From: Candidatus Lokiarchaeum ossiferum
Lineage (GTDB): Archaea; Asgardarchaeota; Lokiarchaeia; Sigyniarchaeales; Promethearchaeaceae
Reading direction: 5' to 3'
DNA: 32,000 bases
Assembly (NCBI GenBank): GCA_025839675.1
Contig: CP104013.1
Coordinates: 1,200,001 to 1,232,000 of the forward strand
Made by a program: the position numbers and the translations under genes. Positions 15,644 through 24,802 of the stretch are shown in pieces (position 1 is the first letter of the stretch; each line of letters opens with the position of its first letter). Below the pieces are notes generated by a model that worked only from the letters and a program-made list of their open reading frames with translations, had not been told where the DNA came from and searched no databases.

Positions 15644-18592
15644 TTATTTCTTCGTTTTGCGCGGTCCAATCAAGGCAGTTACTAATTGCGGAATATCACG
15701 CAATTTCAACATTGTCTGGGGTGGAACTCGAAGTGATTTTCCAATTTTTTGAATTGATAAAAGAGCATAAATAATCCCTTCGAGATAATCGATAATATCG
15801 CCAGGAAACATGCGAACTTCATATTCATCTTGAAAAGTATCTACAATTTCAGAGATACTCATCCCAGAAAGGCGATAATCAAAAATAAATCCTTCAACAT
15901 TACGTTTCCCACAATCACAATAAGGATTATCATCACAGGCACAGTTAAATATATCTTCCGACCAGGCCATGATGACATTATATAACCGGCGATTGATCCT
16001 TCCATGTTTTTTCTTTCCCAAGTGATCTGCACTGATCATGGAGAGGACGGAAGTTGAAAAGAAATTGTTGGATCGGGATTGTTTTTCATTTTTCATGCTT
16101 AATTCTGCGAGAATTCGGTTGGTAACGTAAACATTATTAAATTTATCAAGATGTTGAGCAATAACTAACATATCGGGAGCAGGTACAGTTTCTGAAACTG
16201 GAACAAGTAATTTTTTGCGAATTTCCAAAGCTTGTTCCAATGAAAAAAATGATTCTGCAGTCGCTTGACCAAATCGTGTTGTTCGATATTCCGTATTATT
16301 ATTGATAGCCTTGATAAATCGATTAGAATGTAAAAATATCAAAGCTTGATGAAGATCAAAGTCACCATTGTACATCATAGCATGAAAATATTGTAAATTC
16401 TCTTTTGAAATCCCATGTTCTTGATCTCTTTGGGAGGAATACATTGCGATAATTGCCAAAACTTCCAAAAACATTCTATCTTCATTTGGTTCAAGTTTTA
16501 ATGGTTCAATTTTGCCCTTAAGTAATTTTAAAGCGAGTTGCTCTTCCGTATCACTTTGATTCCCGGCATTCGTTTTTCCGGGCGATACAAGAAGATATAC
16601 TGTTCCTTTGTCATGTTTTTTCAACCTACCAGCCCTTCCAGACATTTGTTCAAATTCTGCAACCGTTAGTTGTTGAATTCCCATGATTAGATTAAAGAAA
16701 ATGACATTACTTGCAGGAAAATCCACCCCCGCAGCAAGAGCGGCCGTAGTAACAACACAAGCAATTTTTTGCATTTCAAAACTTTTTTCGACAAATTTCC
16801 GTTGCCCATACTCTAAGCCTCCATGATAGGCGTAAGCGGGAACATGGTTCGCACGCAAAAAATCTGCAAATTTTTCGGTGTTTTTACGAGAGTTTGTGAA
16901 AACTATGGTTTGACCTCTGAATCCAAAGGACGAACGGGTTTTATATTCTTCCCGAATAATATTTCGCATATTCTTCATTTTTGCATTTTCATCGATACAC
17001 ATTACTAAATGACGTTCGAGTTCGACCGGTCTGTCTGTATAATGAACTAAAGCAGCCCGTAAATGCTTAGCTAAGCCTTTTGGATCCGAAATTGTTGCAC
17101 TCAAGTAGAGAAATTGAGCTTTTGGTAAATAAAGACGAAGACGAGCGATCATCCCATCCAGAATAAAACCTCGTTCAGCATCAGCAAGCATTTGAATCTC
17201 ATCGATAACAATGGTTCTAAAATCCCTAAGAAGATGGGGATGAGAACTCCTTAGAAGAATGTCAATCGCTTCATATGTGGCAATAACAACATCAGCTTTT
17301 CCAAATTGACCAAATTCATCTTTGACATTCGATTTCCGAGAAATGTGTGACACCCCTACTTTTAAAGCAGAATTAACCCCATATTTTTTAAATTCTGCAT
17401 ATTCTCTGTGACGCATATTTGCCAAAGCCACAATTGGAACGACATAGAGCATGCGAGTCCGAGTACGGGTATTTTTCAATTTTTCAAGATACGATTCTTG
17501 CTCTTTTGTTAATTTTTGTTCGATTTTTGAGTCAAATAAGGTATCCTTGGAGTCAAATGGATTGGAAATCCCTTCTTGTTTTAAAAATTTTATTTTATCT
17601 TCCAAAATTTTCGAAATACCTGCAAGTTCTCCAATCATGGTTTTTCCTGAAGAGGTGGCAGAGACCACAAGTTCATCTTGCCGTTCTAATAATCCATTTT
17701 CAAGAGCCATGATTTGGGCAGGAAGTAAAGAAGTACGATGTTTTTCTTGATAGTATAATTTTAGGGGAGCAGGTAATGAAAAATCATAAATACTTTGTGG
17801 TTTTTGGGGGGATTGTTTAATTTTTTTCTTTTTAACTCCGACGAGCGTTGCTTCTCGATGATCAAGGATATTGAAATTTGGATTAAAGACATTAATCACT
17901 TTTACTACATCACGATAATTTAATAATAAATCGCGCAAATAGGTTTTTAAAGAGGAAGATACATCAATCTTCTGCTTTAAACTTGCAATCACTTCTTTTC
18001 CTGCACATCGCTTACATACATAAAACGCTTGATTTTTATAGCGTGTTTTTTCATCAATTAATGTATATTTTTTATCTTGCTTGCAAGAATGGCAAAAGAG
18101 ATAATTGCGAATTTCAGAGTATTGAATTGAACTGCAATAATCATAAATTGGCTGAAGCACTTTCAAATATTCATCCATTTGATGTTGTTGAACTTCATGG
18201 GCGTCAGTTTCCACTACTTGATATTTCTCCAAATTATGTCCTTGGGGTTTGTTCAAATGATTCCCTGCAATAATGAAGGTAGCATTTAAAATAAAATTAC
18301 GAAACTCGGTAGGATCGATTGGTTTTAATTGATTCTCAACATTTCTTGCTTTTAAATTACGTTTCCAAAATTTGAAGGGAATAAGAGTTTCTTTTTCAGG
18401 CTCTTTATCAAATAACACAAGTCCTGTGAAAAAAGGGCGATCTAAATAGCGAATTTCTCCATAGAAAATATCATCTTTAATCAGTTCAAAACAAATGACA
18501 TCGAAGAAGGGTTTTTTAGGATGCTCTTCATCTTTATCAAGAATAATAAAATATTTTTTTCGTTGGAGAATACCAGATAGTGAAGGACTCAT
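15644..18592 (-). CDS. Ski2-like SF2 helicase with N-terminal 4-Cys zinc finger (ASH-Ski2/Eta-like)
   Basis: CHSC-x22-CKRC at aa 167-196. Helicase motifs SATSSGKT (I), VVPIVALAN (Ia), DEIQ (II), LSAT (III), TTAALAAGVDFPA (V) and QMSGRAGR (VI). C-terminal CAC-x6-CDC cluster. Confidence 0.8.
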   Translation of the reverse strand: MSPSLSGILQRKKYFIILDKDEEHPKKPFFDVICFELIKDDIFYGEIRYLDRPFFTGLVLFDKEPEKETLIPFKFWKRNLKARNVENQLKPIDPTEFRNFILNATFIIAGNHLNKPQGHNLEKYQVVETDAHEVQQHQMDEYLKVLQPIYDYCSSIQYSEIRNYLFCHSCKQDKKYTLIDEKTRYKNQAFYVCKRCAGKEVIASLKQKIDVSSSLKTYLRDLLLNYRDVVKVINVFNPNFNILDHREATLVGVKKKKIKQSPQKPQSIYDFSLPAPLKLYYQEKHRTSLLPAQIMALENGLLERQDELVVSATSSGKTMIGELAGISKILEDKIKFLKQEGISNPFDSKDTLFDSKIEQKLTKEQESYLEKLKNTRTRTRMLYVVPIVALANMRHREYAEFKKYGVNSALKVGVSHISRKSNVKDEFGQFGKADVVIATYEAIDILLRSSHPHLLRDFRTIVIDEIQMLADAERGFILDGMIARLRLYLPKAQFLYLSATISDPKGLAKHLRAALVHYTDRPVELERHLVMCIDENAKMKNMRNIIREEYKTRSSFGFRGQTIVFTNSRKNTEKFADFLRANHVPAYAYHGGLEYGQRKFVEKSFEMQKIACVVTTAALAAGVDFPASNVIFFNLIMGIQQLTVAEFEQMSGRAGRLKKHDKGTVYLLVSPGKTNAGNQSDTEEQLALKLLKGKIEPLKLEPNEDRMFLEVLAIIAMYSSQRDQEHGISKENLQYFHAMMYNGDFDLHQALIFLHSNRFIKAINNNTEYRTTRFGQATAESFFSLEQALEIRKKLLVPVSETVPAPDMLVIAQHLDKFNNVYVTNRILAELSMKNEKQSRSNNFFSTSVLSMISADHLGKKKHGRINRRLYNVIMAWSEDIFNCACDDNPYCDCGKRNVEGFIFDYRLSGMSISEIVDTFQDEYEVRMFPGDIIDYLEGIIYALLSIQKIGKSLRVPPQTMLKLRDIPQLVTALIGPRKTKK

Positions 18593-18812
18593 ATATAAAA
18601 AAAACTAATATCCCATGATTTTTCTCTTTTATCATTACTTCTTGGATCAGAGATTGCTTCAATTCAATCAGAATCTTTGCTTCATTCCACACAGTATGGT
18701 TTAAACACATCCACATCCAAGGATGTCTCATTGAAAAAGTTAAAATTTTCTTGGAAATAGTGTTTAACACGAAAAAAAACTAACGTTATAAGACATAAAC
18801 TGTATCAAACTT

Positions 18813-18820
18813 AAAAAAAA
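18813..18820 (-). terminator. oligo-T (T8) tract 5 nt after the stop of the 50-aa ORF
   Basis: Coding-strand reading is TAAACCCTTTTTTTTAAG. A second T8 lies at 18772-18779. Confidence 0.3.
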
Positions 18821-18824
18821 GGGT

Positions 18825-18977
18825 TTAAAATCCAAACGCAGATTTTATATCACGATATATTTGAGCAATTTGTTGCAATTTAGCATCATCATTCATGGCG
18901 GATTCTATCCAGCCAGCACAACCACCATCTTTTACCCAGTTTAAAAATATTTCTGCACTTTGCCGATCTTCACTCAT
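18825..18977 (-). CDS. small hypothetical protein (50 aa), below the ORF-track cutoff
   Basis: My translation of the minus strand: MSEDRQSAEIFLNWVKDGGCAGWIESAMNDDAKLQQIAQIYRDIKSAFGF. AT-rich TATA-like sequences lie 15-40 nt upstream (18991-19018) and a T8 run follows the stop directly. Confidence 0.3.
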   Translation of the reverse strand: MSEDRQSAEIFLNWVKDGGCAGWIESAMNDDAKLQQIAQIYRDIKSAFGF

Positions 18978-19105
18978 TCAAATCACTATGTAATTAATAG
19001 GTTTTTTTCTTAAAAAAGGTTGATTTCTCGTTTTTTTCCTAAAAATAGTCGGAATTTTTTTAATGAAAAATAACGATAGATAAAGTACTGAAAAAGTGTA
19101 TTAAT

Positions 19106-20176
19106 ATGAGTCCAGTAACTATTAAATCAGCGAATCCAGATGATATTTGGGATAGATGGAAAAAGAAGGCCGTAAAATCTCAAAAATTAGAGAAGCATTA
19201 TGGAGTTAAAGGGGCAGTTTTTAATTTAGATAATATAACGGCTGCAGAATTTGTTAAGGGAGTAACCAAAGCAGCAATTGTATTTTTTGAAAAGAGTTAT
19301 GAAGTAAAAGTACAAAACATTGCGCCTAAAAAAGAGAAAGGAGACGTTAGAGATATTGAAAAAATGAAATTTTATCAATTTAAGTCCAATCCTGTTAAAA
19401 CCGAGTGGAAAGGAGATGAAGAAGTTCCTTTTGCAGCAACCTTAACAAAAGAAAATTGTTCTAAATGTACTGGGAAGGGTGGTGTTGTTTGTAAGAAATG
19501 CAATGGTACTAAATTAGTAATATGCCCAGATTGTAACAACAAGGCAAAATCATGCAAATCATGTGAAGGAACAGGAAAATACATGATTGAGGTAAAAGTT
19601 TTGGATGAAAAAAATAATAAAACCACCAAAAAAATAGAGGTCAAATGTAATGAGTGTTATGGAACTGGAAAGCTTACTTGCACCCGGTGTGGAGGAATGG
19701 GAAAAATAGCTTGCAAAAATTGTAATACAACTGGTTTCAATTCATGCTCAGAGTGTCGTGGACACGGAAGCTTATTTACCTATCAAATAAAGCCTGTACC
19801 ATTTAAACATGAATCTTCTGCAGAACCTATCTTACTCTCTTCCATTAAATTATCCGGTTTGGAGAAAGAACTCGGAAAAGAGATCCAGAAAACGATAGAG
19901 CAAGTAGAAGGTATTCTCATTCGAAATCCTGAGAAAGAATTGGATCAAAAATTCATAGAACCAAATTTAGGGTATTATTCAAAAGAAATTGGAAAAATCA
20001 GCAAAGAAGCAGCTAAAGAAATTAAGAATTCAAAAAAAAATAAAGACATCAAAATCAAGATGCCTTTATTCCTTTTCCCTGTATTGGCTTTAGACTGTGA
20101 AACTAAAAAAGGAAAGAAATTCCAAGTCTATTCCATCGGTTCTGATAATAAGTTCCAAGTATTTGGCAGAATATAA
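19106..20176 (+). CDS. protein with eight CxxC (DnaJ-type CxxCxGxG-like) motifs, no J domain
   Basis: aa 118-220: CSKCTGKG, CKKCNGTK, CPDC, CKSCEGTG ... CNECYGTG, CTRCGGMG, CKNCNTTG, CSECRGHG. This amounts to two DnaJ-CR-like four-motif modules. The flanking domains are unrecognised. Confidence 0.7.
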   Translation: MSPVTIKSANPDDIWDRWKKKAVKSQKLEKHYGVKGAVFNLDNITAAEFVKGVTKAAIVFFEKSYEVKVQNIAPKKEKGDVRDIEKMKFYQFKSNPVKTEWKGDEEVPFAATLTKENCSKCTGKGGVVCKKCNGTKLVICPDCNNKAKSCKSCEGTGKYMIEVKVLDEKNNKTTKKIEVKCNECYGTGKLTCTRCGGMGKIACKNCNTTGFNSCSECRGHGSLFTYQIKPVPFKHESSAEPILLSSIKLSGLEKELGKEIQKTIEQVEGILIRNPEKELDQKFIEPNLGYYSKEIGKISKEAAKEIKNSKKNKDIKIKMPLFLFPVLALDCETKKGKKFQVYSIGSDNKFQVFGRI

Positions 20177-20219
20177 GCAAATCGAACCATTTTTTTTTGT
20201 AATTTTCGGAGTGAACAAT

Positions 20220-21989
20220 ATGAAGCAAGGCCTTCAAGACATAAAAGGTAATGGAAGTAAAGATATTAAGGATTGGGTTTTGATTTTGTCCCTTGCTTTT
20301 TTGATGGGTATTATTGGAGGTTTTTCGGCAGTATTATTACGATTTCTGATTGAAACAATTACAATATTTTTCTTGGAGATCATTTTACCAATAATTTCTT
20401 TCTATATTGGCAGTTTTAACATAGGTTATATGTTTTTACCCGCTATAGGAGGGTTACTAGTTGGAATAATTATTCATTTTCGTGCCAAGGAAACGAAAGG
20501 ATCTGGAATACCATACTTATTGGGACGAATGGCTTTAAAGGAGGCTCATATAAAACCTCAAACGGGTTTGTATAAAACCATCGTTTCTTCTTTAACCATT
20601 GGTTCTGGAGGAAATGCGGGGCGAGAAGGCCCAATCGCATTGATTGCAGCCTCGTTTGGATCATTTTTTGGAAAAAAATTAAAGCTAAAGATACAAGATA
20701 AGCGTTTAATTATGACTTGCGGTTTAGCGGCAGGCATTGCGGGATCATTTAATGCACCTCTCGGAGGAGCACTCTTTGGACTCGAAATTCTATATCAAGG
20801 AGTCTCAATCATTGGAAGCATTCCGGTTTTTTTAGCCGCTGTAATTGGATCTATTGTAGCAGGAACAATTTATGGTATTGATCCAACTTTTAATATCAAT
20901 TTTACATTTGAAGCAATAAAGCCAATAGAATATCCATTTCTTTTGATTTTTGCTGTTTTAATTGCATTTCTCGCTTTCTTTCGATTTAAAATCTACCAAT
21001 TTATAGAAAAGAGTTATCAAAATATTATAATTCCAGATTTTCTAAAACCTGCGTTGGGTGGTTTAATTACTGGAATTATAATCATGTTTTTCCCCTCTTT
21101 TGGTTTTTATGGGATTGGGTTTGAGGGAATCCAAATGGCTTTAAGAAATGAATTCACTCTTCTTCTGCTATTACTTTTGGGTAGCCTTAAAATACTCGCC
21201 ACAGCAAATACAATAGGATCTGGAGGTAGTGGAGGCATTTTTGCACCCCTTCTATACATCGGATGTATGTTTGGAGGGGCTTATGGAATATTTTTGCATT
21301 TACTATTTCCAAACCTCATCTCAAACCCATTAATTTATTGTTTACTTGGTTCTGCAGCCCTTTTTGCAGCTTCTGCGCAAGCACCTCTTAATATTAGCAT
21401 AATGATCGCCGAAATGGCACATAATTTTGTATTATTGCCCCCTTTACTAATCACTTCTGTAATTAGTTTTTTAGTGGGACGAATGCTTTTCAAAGGGGCA
21501 TCTATTTATACAATGAGTTTAGAACAAGACGGAATTATTCTAAAACCTGATACAATTTACCTACTAGAAAATTTACGAGTGCATGAGGTAATGTCTTCCA
21601 ATTTAATTACAGTTTCACCCGAGTTGCCAATTCTCGAATTCGCTCAATTGAGTGCTCAGCATAATGATCTTAATCAATTTCCAGTTATGAATTTTGGGAA
21701 ATTAGAAGGAATAGTATTCTTAGATGCGCTATATACAGTAGCGCATGAAGATTGGGATAAAATATCAGTAAAGGAAATAATGTCAAATGATATTGATGGA
21801 ATTTCTTCAGATTCAACTTTGCAAACAGCTATTGATTTGATGCACCAAAAAAATGTGAGAGCGTTGCTTGTTACGGAAAAAATGGAGTATGAAAATAAAA
21901 CAACAGAAATAATTTTAAAAGGACTCTTAACATTAAATGATATTGTTAGAGCTTGGGAACAAAAAAAATCAATAGGCAATACAAAGTAG
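20220..21989 (+). CDS. ClC-family chloride channel/antiporter with C-terminal CBS pair
   Basis: Motifs GSGIP, GREGP and GGIFAPLL with ~10+ TM helices. The C-terminal ~140 aa is CBS-like. I trimmed the start from the track ORF (20097) to the Met at 20220 to avoid overlap with the upstream gene. Confidence 0.85.
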   Translation: MKQGLQDIKGNGSKDIKDWVLILSLAFLMGIIGGFSAVLLRFLIETITIFFLEIILPIISFYIGSFNIGYMFLPAIGGLLVGIIIHFRAKETKGSGIPYLLGRMALKEAHIKPQTGLYKTIVSSLTIGSGGNAGREGPIALIAASFGSFFGKKLKLKIQDKRLIMTCGLAAGIAGSFNAPLGGALFGLEILYQGVSIIGSIPVFLAAVIGSIVAGTIYGIDPTFNINFTFEAIKPIEYPFLLIFAVLIAFLAFFRFKIYQFIEKSYQNIIIPDFLKPALGGLITGIIIMFFPSFGFYGIGFEGIQMALRNEFTLLLLLLLGSLKILATANTIGSGGSGGIFAPLLYIGCMFGGAYGIFLHLLFPNLISNPLIYCLLGSAALFAASAQAPLNISIMIAEMAHNFVLLPPLLITSVISFLVGRMLFKGASIYTMSLEQDGIILKPDTIYLLENLRVHEVMSSNLITVSPELPILEFAQLSAQHNDLNQFPVMNFGKLEGIVFLDALYTVAHEDWDKISVKEIMSNDIDGISSDSTLQTAIDLMHQKNVRALLVTEKMEYENKTTEIILKGLLTLNDIVRAWEQKKSIGNTK

Positions 21990-21998
21990 GACGAAGTT

Positions 21999-22571
21999 AT
22001 GGTAAACTTAAAATATGAACTTTTTGAAACTCCGGGGATAGTAAATACAAAAAAAACGCTTGAGCTTGCAGCAGAAAATGCAAAACAATTAGAAATAGAT
22101 AAGATTATCATTGCTTCAACCATGGGCGATACGATTAAGGAAGAGCTTAATTTTTTTAATCCCAAAAGAACCCAGATCGTCTGTGTGACTCATAATTACG
22201 GTTTCAGAGAAGGAATTCATCAAACTTTTCCTGAAGAATTAAAAAAAGAGTTACATGAAAAGGGAGTAGAGGTCGTTTCAGGTACCCTCGCATTATCTGG
22301 TGTAGGAAGTGCATTGTTACGAAAATTCCAATATTTTGACATGACAACAATGTTCGCAAAACTCATACGAACTATAATCTGCGATGGATTAAAAGTGGGA
22401 ATCGAGATTGCATTGATGGCAGTTGATGCAGGCAAAATAAGTATGGGCGAAGACATCCTTACAATTTCAGGAACAGGAAGAGGGGCCGATACTTGTTGTT
22501 ATCTCCAAGCAGCTTCATCCCGTTTGTTCGAAAAATTGCGAGTGAAAGCAATTTTAGCAAAACCAAAGTAA
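21999..22571 (+). CDS. pyruvate kinase C-terminal (alpha/beta) domain-like protein
   Basis: LFETPGIVNTKKTLELAAENAKQL...IIASTMGDT ... GTLALSGV ... GLKVGIEIALMAVDAG ... SGTGRGADT matches the conserved stand-alone PK_C-like family of ~190 aa found in archaea. Confidence 0.65.
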   Translation: MVNLKYELFETPGIVNTKKTLELAAENAKQLEIDKIIIASTMGDTIKEELNFFNPKRTQIVCVTHNYGFREGIHQTFPEELKKELHEKGVEVVSGTLALSGVGSALLRKFQYFDMTTMFAKLIRTIICDGLKVGIEIALMAVDAGKISMGEDILTISGTGRGADTCCYLQAASSRLFEKLRVKAILAKPK

Positions 22572-22593
22572 AAAAGAAACTTGAAAATAGAAA

Positions 22594-23457
22594 TTACTTT
22601 TTTTCTCGTCTCATATATGATAAAAACGTGTTTTCCATTAACATTGCAATCGTCATAGGCCCAACACCACCAGGAACGGGAGTAATTGCGCTACATTTAG
22701 AGAAAACGGAATCATAATCCACATCACCAACCAATATTCCATCGTCAGTTCTGTTAATCCCAGCATCGAGTAATACTACGCCTTCCTTAATCCTATCTTT
22801 CGTTATGAAATTAATTTTCCCAACACCCACTGCAATAATATCTGCACGTTTTAAATGAAAGTCCAAATCCCGCGTATGTGAATGACACACAGTAACTGTT
22901 GCACTTCTATTCAGAAACATCATCACAATGGGTTTCCCAATAACATTTGTCCGATTAACAATTACGACTTCTTGGCCATCTATAGGAATATTATTCTCTT
23001 CTAAAAGACGAATCATACCTTTTGGGGTGCAAGATCCATAAGTTTCATCCCCGAATGTATTTAGTCCAATACTATTAGGATGAAATCCATCAACATCCTT
23101 ATCTGAGGCAATCATTTCCATCACTTTGGATTCATATTGTCGTAAGTGTTTTGGCAGAGGCATTTGCACTAAAATTCCATCAACAGTAGGATCTGAATTC
23201 AAAGATTCAATATGCTTGTAAAGTTTCTCAATTGAAATGTTTTCTGGAAATATTTTTTTAAAAGATCTAATTCCCACAGCATCACAGGTTTTATTTTTCA
23301 TATTGACGTAAACTTGAGAAGCTTTATCGTTTCCGACTAAAACAGTTGCCAATCCAGGAGGACGATTGAATTTAGATAGATTTTCGGTGATTTTTTGTTT
23401 CAAATCAGCCATTAATTTTTCCTTGAGTTTTCTACCATCCAATATTAACGGTTCCAT
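22594..23457 (-). CDS. folD: bifunctional methylenetetrahydrofolate dehydrogenase/cyclohydrolase FolD
   Basis: LATVLVGNDKASQVYVNMK, DGILVQMPLP, VDGFHP, VVIVNRTNVIGKP and the TPVPGGVGPMTIAML signature. Confidence 0.9.
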   Translation of the reverse strand: MEPLILDGRKLKEKLMADLKQKITENLSKFNRPPGLATVLVGNDKASQVYVNMKNKTCDAVGIRSFKKIFPENISIEKLYKHIESLNSDPTVDGILVQMPLPKHLRQYESKVMEMIASDKDVDGFHPNSIGLNTFGDETYGSCTPKGMIRLLEENNIPIDGQEVVIVNRTNVIGKPIVMMFLNRSATVTVCHSHTRDLDFHLKRADIIAVGVGKINFITKDRIKEGVVLLDAGINRTDDGILVGDVDYDSVFSKCSAITPVPGGVGPMTIAMLMENTFLSYMRREKK

Positions 23458-23554
23458 TAAGATCGAAAATTAAAGATGAAATTATACCTTTTCTATCAAG
23501 AGAATCATAAATTAATTTTAAAAATTATTAAAAAAAGTGGAAAAGAAATAGTTA

Positions 23555-24703
23555 TTAGATTCGATTTTTATATTTATAAACTAAAATTCCAACAACTACA
23601 ATTAATCCAATAGAACCAATCCAGATTGCAGCAATCACCCACCCATTGCTTTCTATTTCCCATTTCTCTTCATTCATAACAGCTGATCGACTATCACTGA
23701 ATGCTTCAGAATCCAAAATTTGGATGGTGGAAACAGCATAATAGGAGAGTTTGGCAGAAGATGGTAAAGTTGATTGATCAGAGTAATCGGAAAAACCATA
23801 ATCCAAAGGATTTTGTCGATCTAATACCCAAGATAATGTTTCTGGATGAGTCTCAGATCCAATTAAATCCAAAATACTGACACTGTAGAATGTAGCCATC
23901 AAAGAACTTTGCACATTAGTTGTAGTTAAAGAATATCCTCCATAATGACGAAGATTATCACTTTCAGAAATATAATTTGCTTCAACGTATGATGCAATAG
24001 CCGTTTTCATGGTATCATCCACCAAATCCATCTGTCCGAGAATATTCAAAGCATCAAGAGCAAAATAGGTATCAATTAAAGATTCAAACCCTGTTGGACT
24101 TCCTTTAAAGGCTCCTGTTGATGCATCATAACAACTGATCAAGAAATTTGCGATTTTGGTAGCGTCGGTAGTTGAAGGAAGAGCACTCATAGTATCGGTT
24201 AAATTAAAAAATTTAACTGCAAATGCTGTATCTATAACATTGGATTCAATTGACTCTCCCCCTGCAAAACCGTTATCGATGGATGATAGGAAATTCTCAA
24301 TTTTTCCAAATGCACCATCAGTATTCAAGTCTTCAACTGATCCATTTGTCAATAATGCCCCTTCAAATGCATACACCATCTCAGGAATACGATTATTCCC
24401 TTCAATAAACAGATCAACTTTATCAGCGAACCAGTTTTTGGTAAGGGACAGGTCGGTACTTATTTTTTCGAATTCAGGATCAACAATACTCAGAACATAC
24501 ACATTCGAATAAGTGGTAAATTCAGTAATTTCTTCGGCAGTTCCATTAATCGTATCTGTAAATCCACCAGTTGGTGTCTGATTTTGGGCACAAAAATCTG
24601 CCAATAGTACTTTTCTAGGAGTTGCAGAAGAGAAATCCAACCCCAAAGCAGAAAGTGTAAAAATTAGCAATAGTAAACTCGTTAACATATTACGTCGTTT
24701 CAT
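23555..24703 (-). CDS. secreted, C-terminally membrane-anchored protein with prenyltransferase/terpene-cyclase-like alpha/alpha-toroid repeats
   Basis: N-terminal signal peptide (MKRRNMLTSLLLLIFTLSALG) and a C-terminal TM helix plus basic tail (WVIAAIWIGSIGLIVVVGILVYKYKNRI). Recurrent GGF/GAF/GGY/YGF repeat cores. Confidence 0.5.
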   Translation of the reverse strand: MKRRNMLTSLLLLIFTLSALGLDFSSATPRKVLLADFCAQNQTPTGGFTDTINGTAEEITEFTTYSNVYVLSIVDPEFEKISTDLSLTKNWFADKVDLFIEGNNRIPEMVYAFEGALLTNGSVEDLNTDGAFGKIENFLSSIDNGFAGGESIESNVIDTAFAVKFFNLTDTMSALPSTTDATKIANFLISCYDASTGAFKGSPTGFESLIDTYFALDALNILGQMDLVDDTMKTAIASYVEANYISESDNLRHYGGYSLTTTNVQSSLMATFYSVSILDLIGSETHPETLSWVLDRQNPLDYGFSDYSDQSTLPSSAKLSYYAVSTIQILDSEAFSDSRSAVMNEEKWEIESNGWVIAAIWIGSIGLIVVVGILVYKYKNRI

Positions 24704-24802
24704 TTTAATAAAACCTTACTCAATAAAAGCTATATTTGGTCAAAAGAATGCCAAATTTATAAAAAAAATTTTGGGTCACCCGATTGTATTTTTGCTAGAA
24801 AA

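Noticed and set aside
12857-18592. ABC ATPase + FtsX permease + large helicase, considered as a possible defence island.
   Set aside because: The ABC pair is a standard MacB-type exporter operon. The helicase is on the opposite strand with housekeeping-type (Ski2/ASH-Ski2) motifs. No nuclease, methylase or other defence hallmark is present.
18537-18770. 77-aa minus-strand ORF overlapping the helicase start.
   Set aside because: It overlaps the helicase N-terminus by 56 nt out of frame, has W/M/I-rich odd composition, and lies in what is more likely the helicase promoter region.
20097-20219. 41-aa N-terminal extension of the ClC ORF, overlapping the 3-prime end of the zinc-finger gene.
   Set aside because: It overlaps the upstream CDS by 80 nt in another frame. 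The Met at 20220 precedes the first TM region and gives a normal ClC N-terminus.
21674-22165. 163-aa minus-strand ORF spanning the ClC 3-prime end and the PK_C-like gene start.
   Set aside because: It is antisense to two well-supported genes and has low-complexity S/F/I-rich composition.
24156-24512. 118-aa plus-strand ORF.
   Set aside because: It is antisense to the secreted alpha/alpha-toroid protein gene and has no independent signals.
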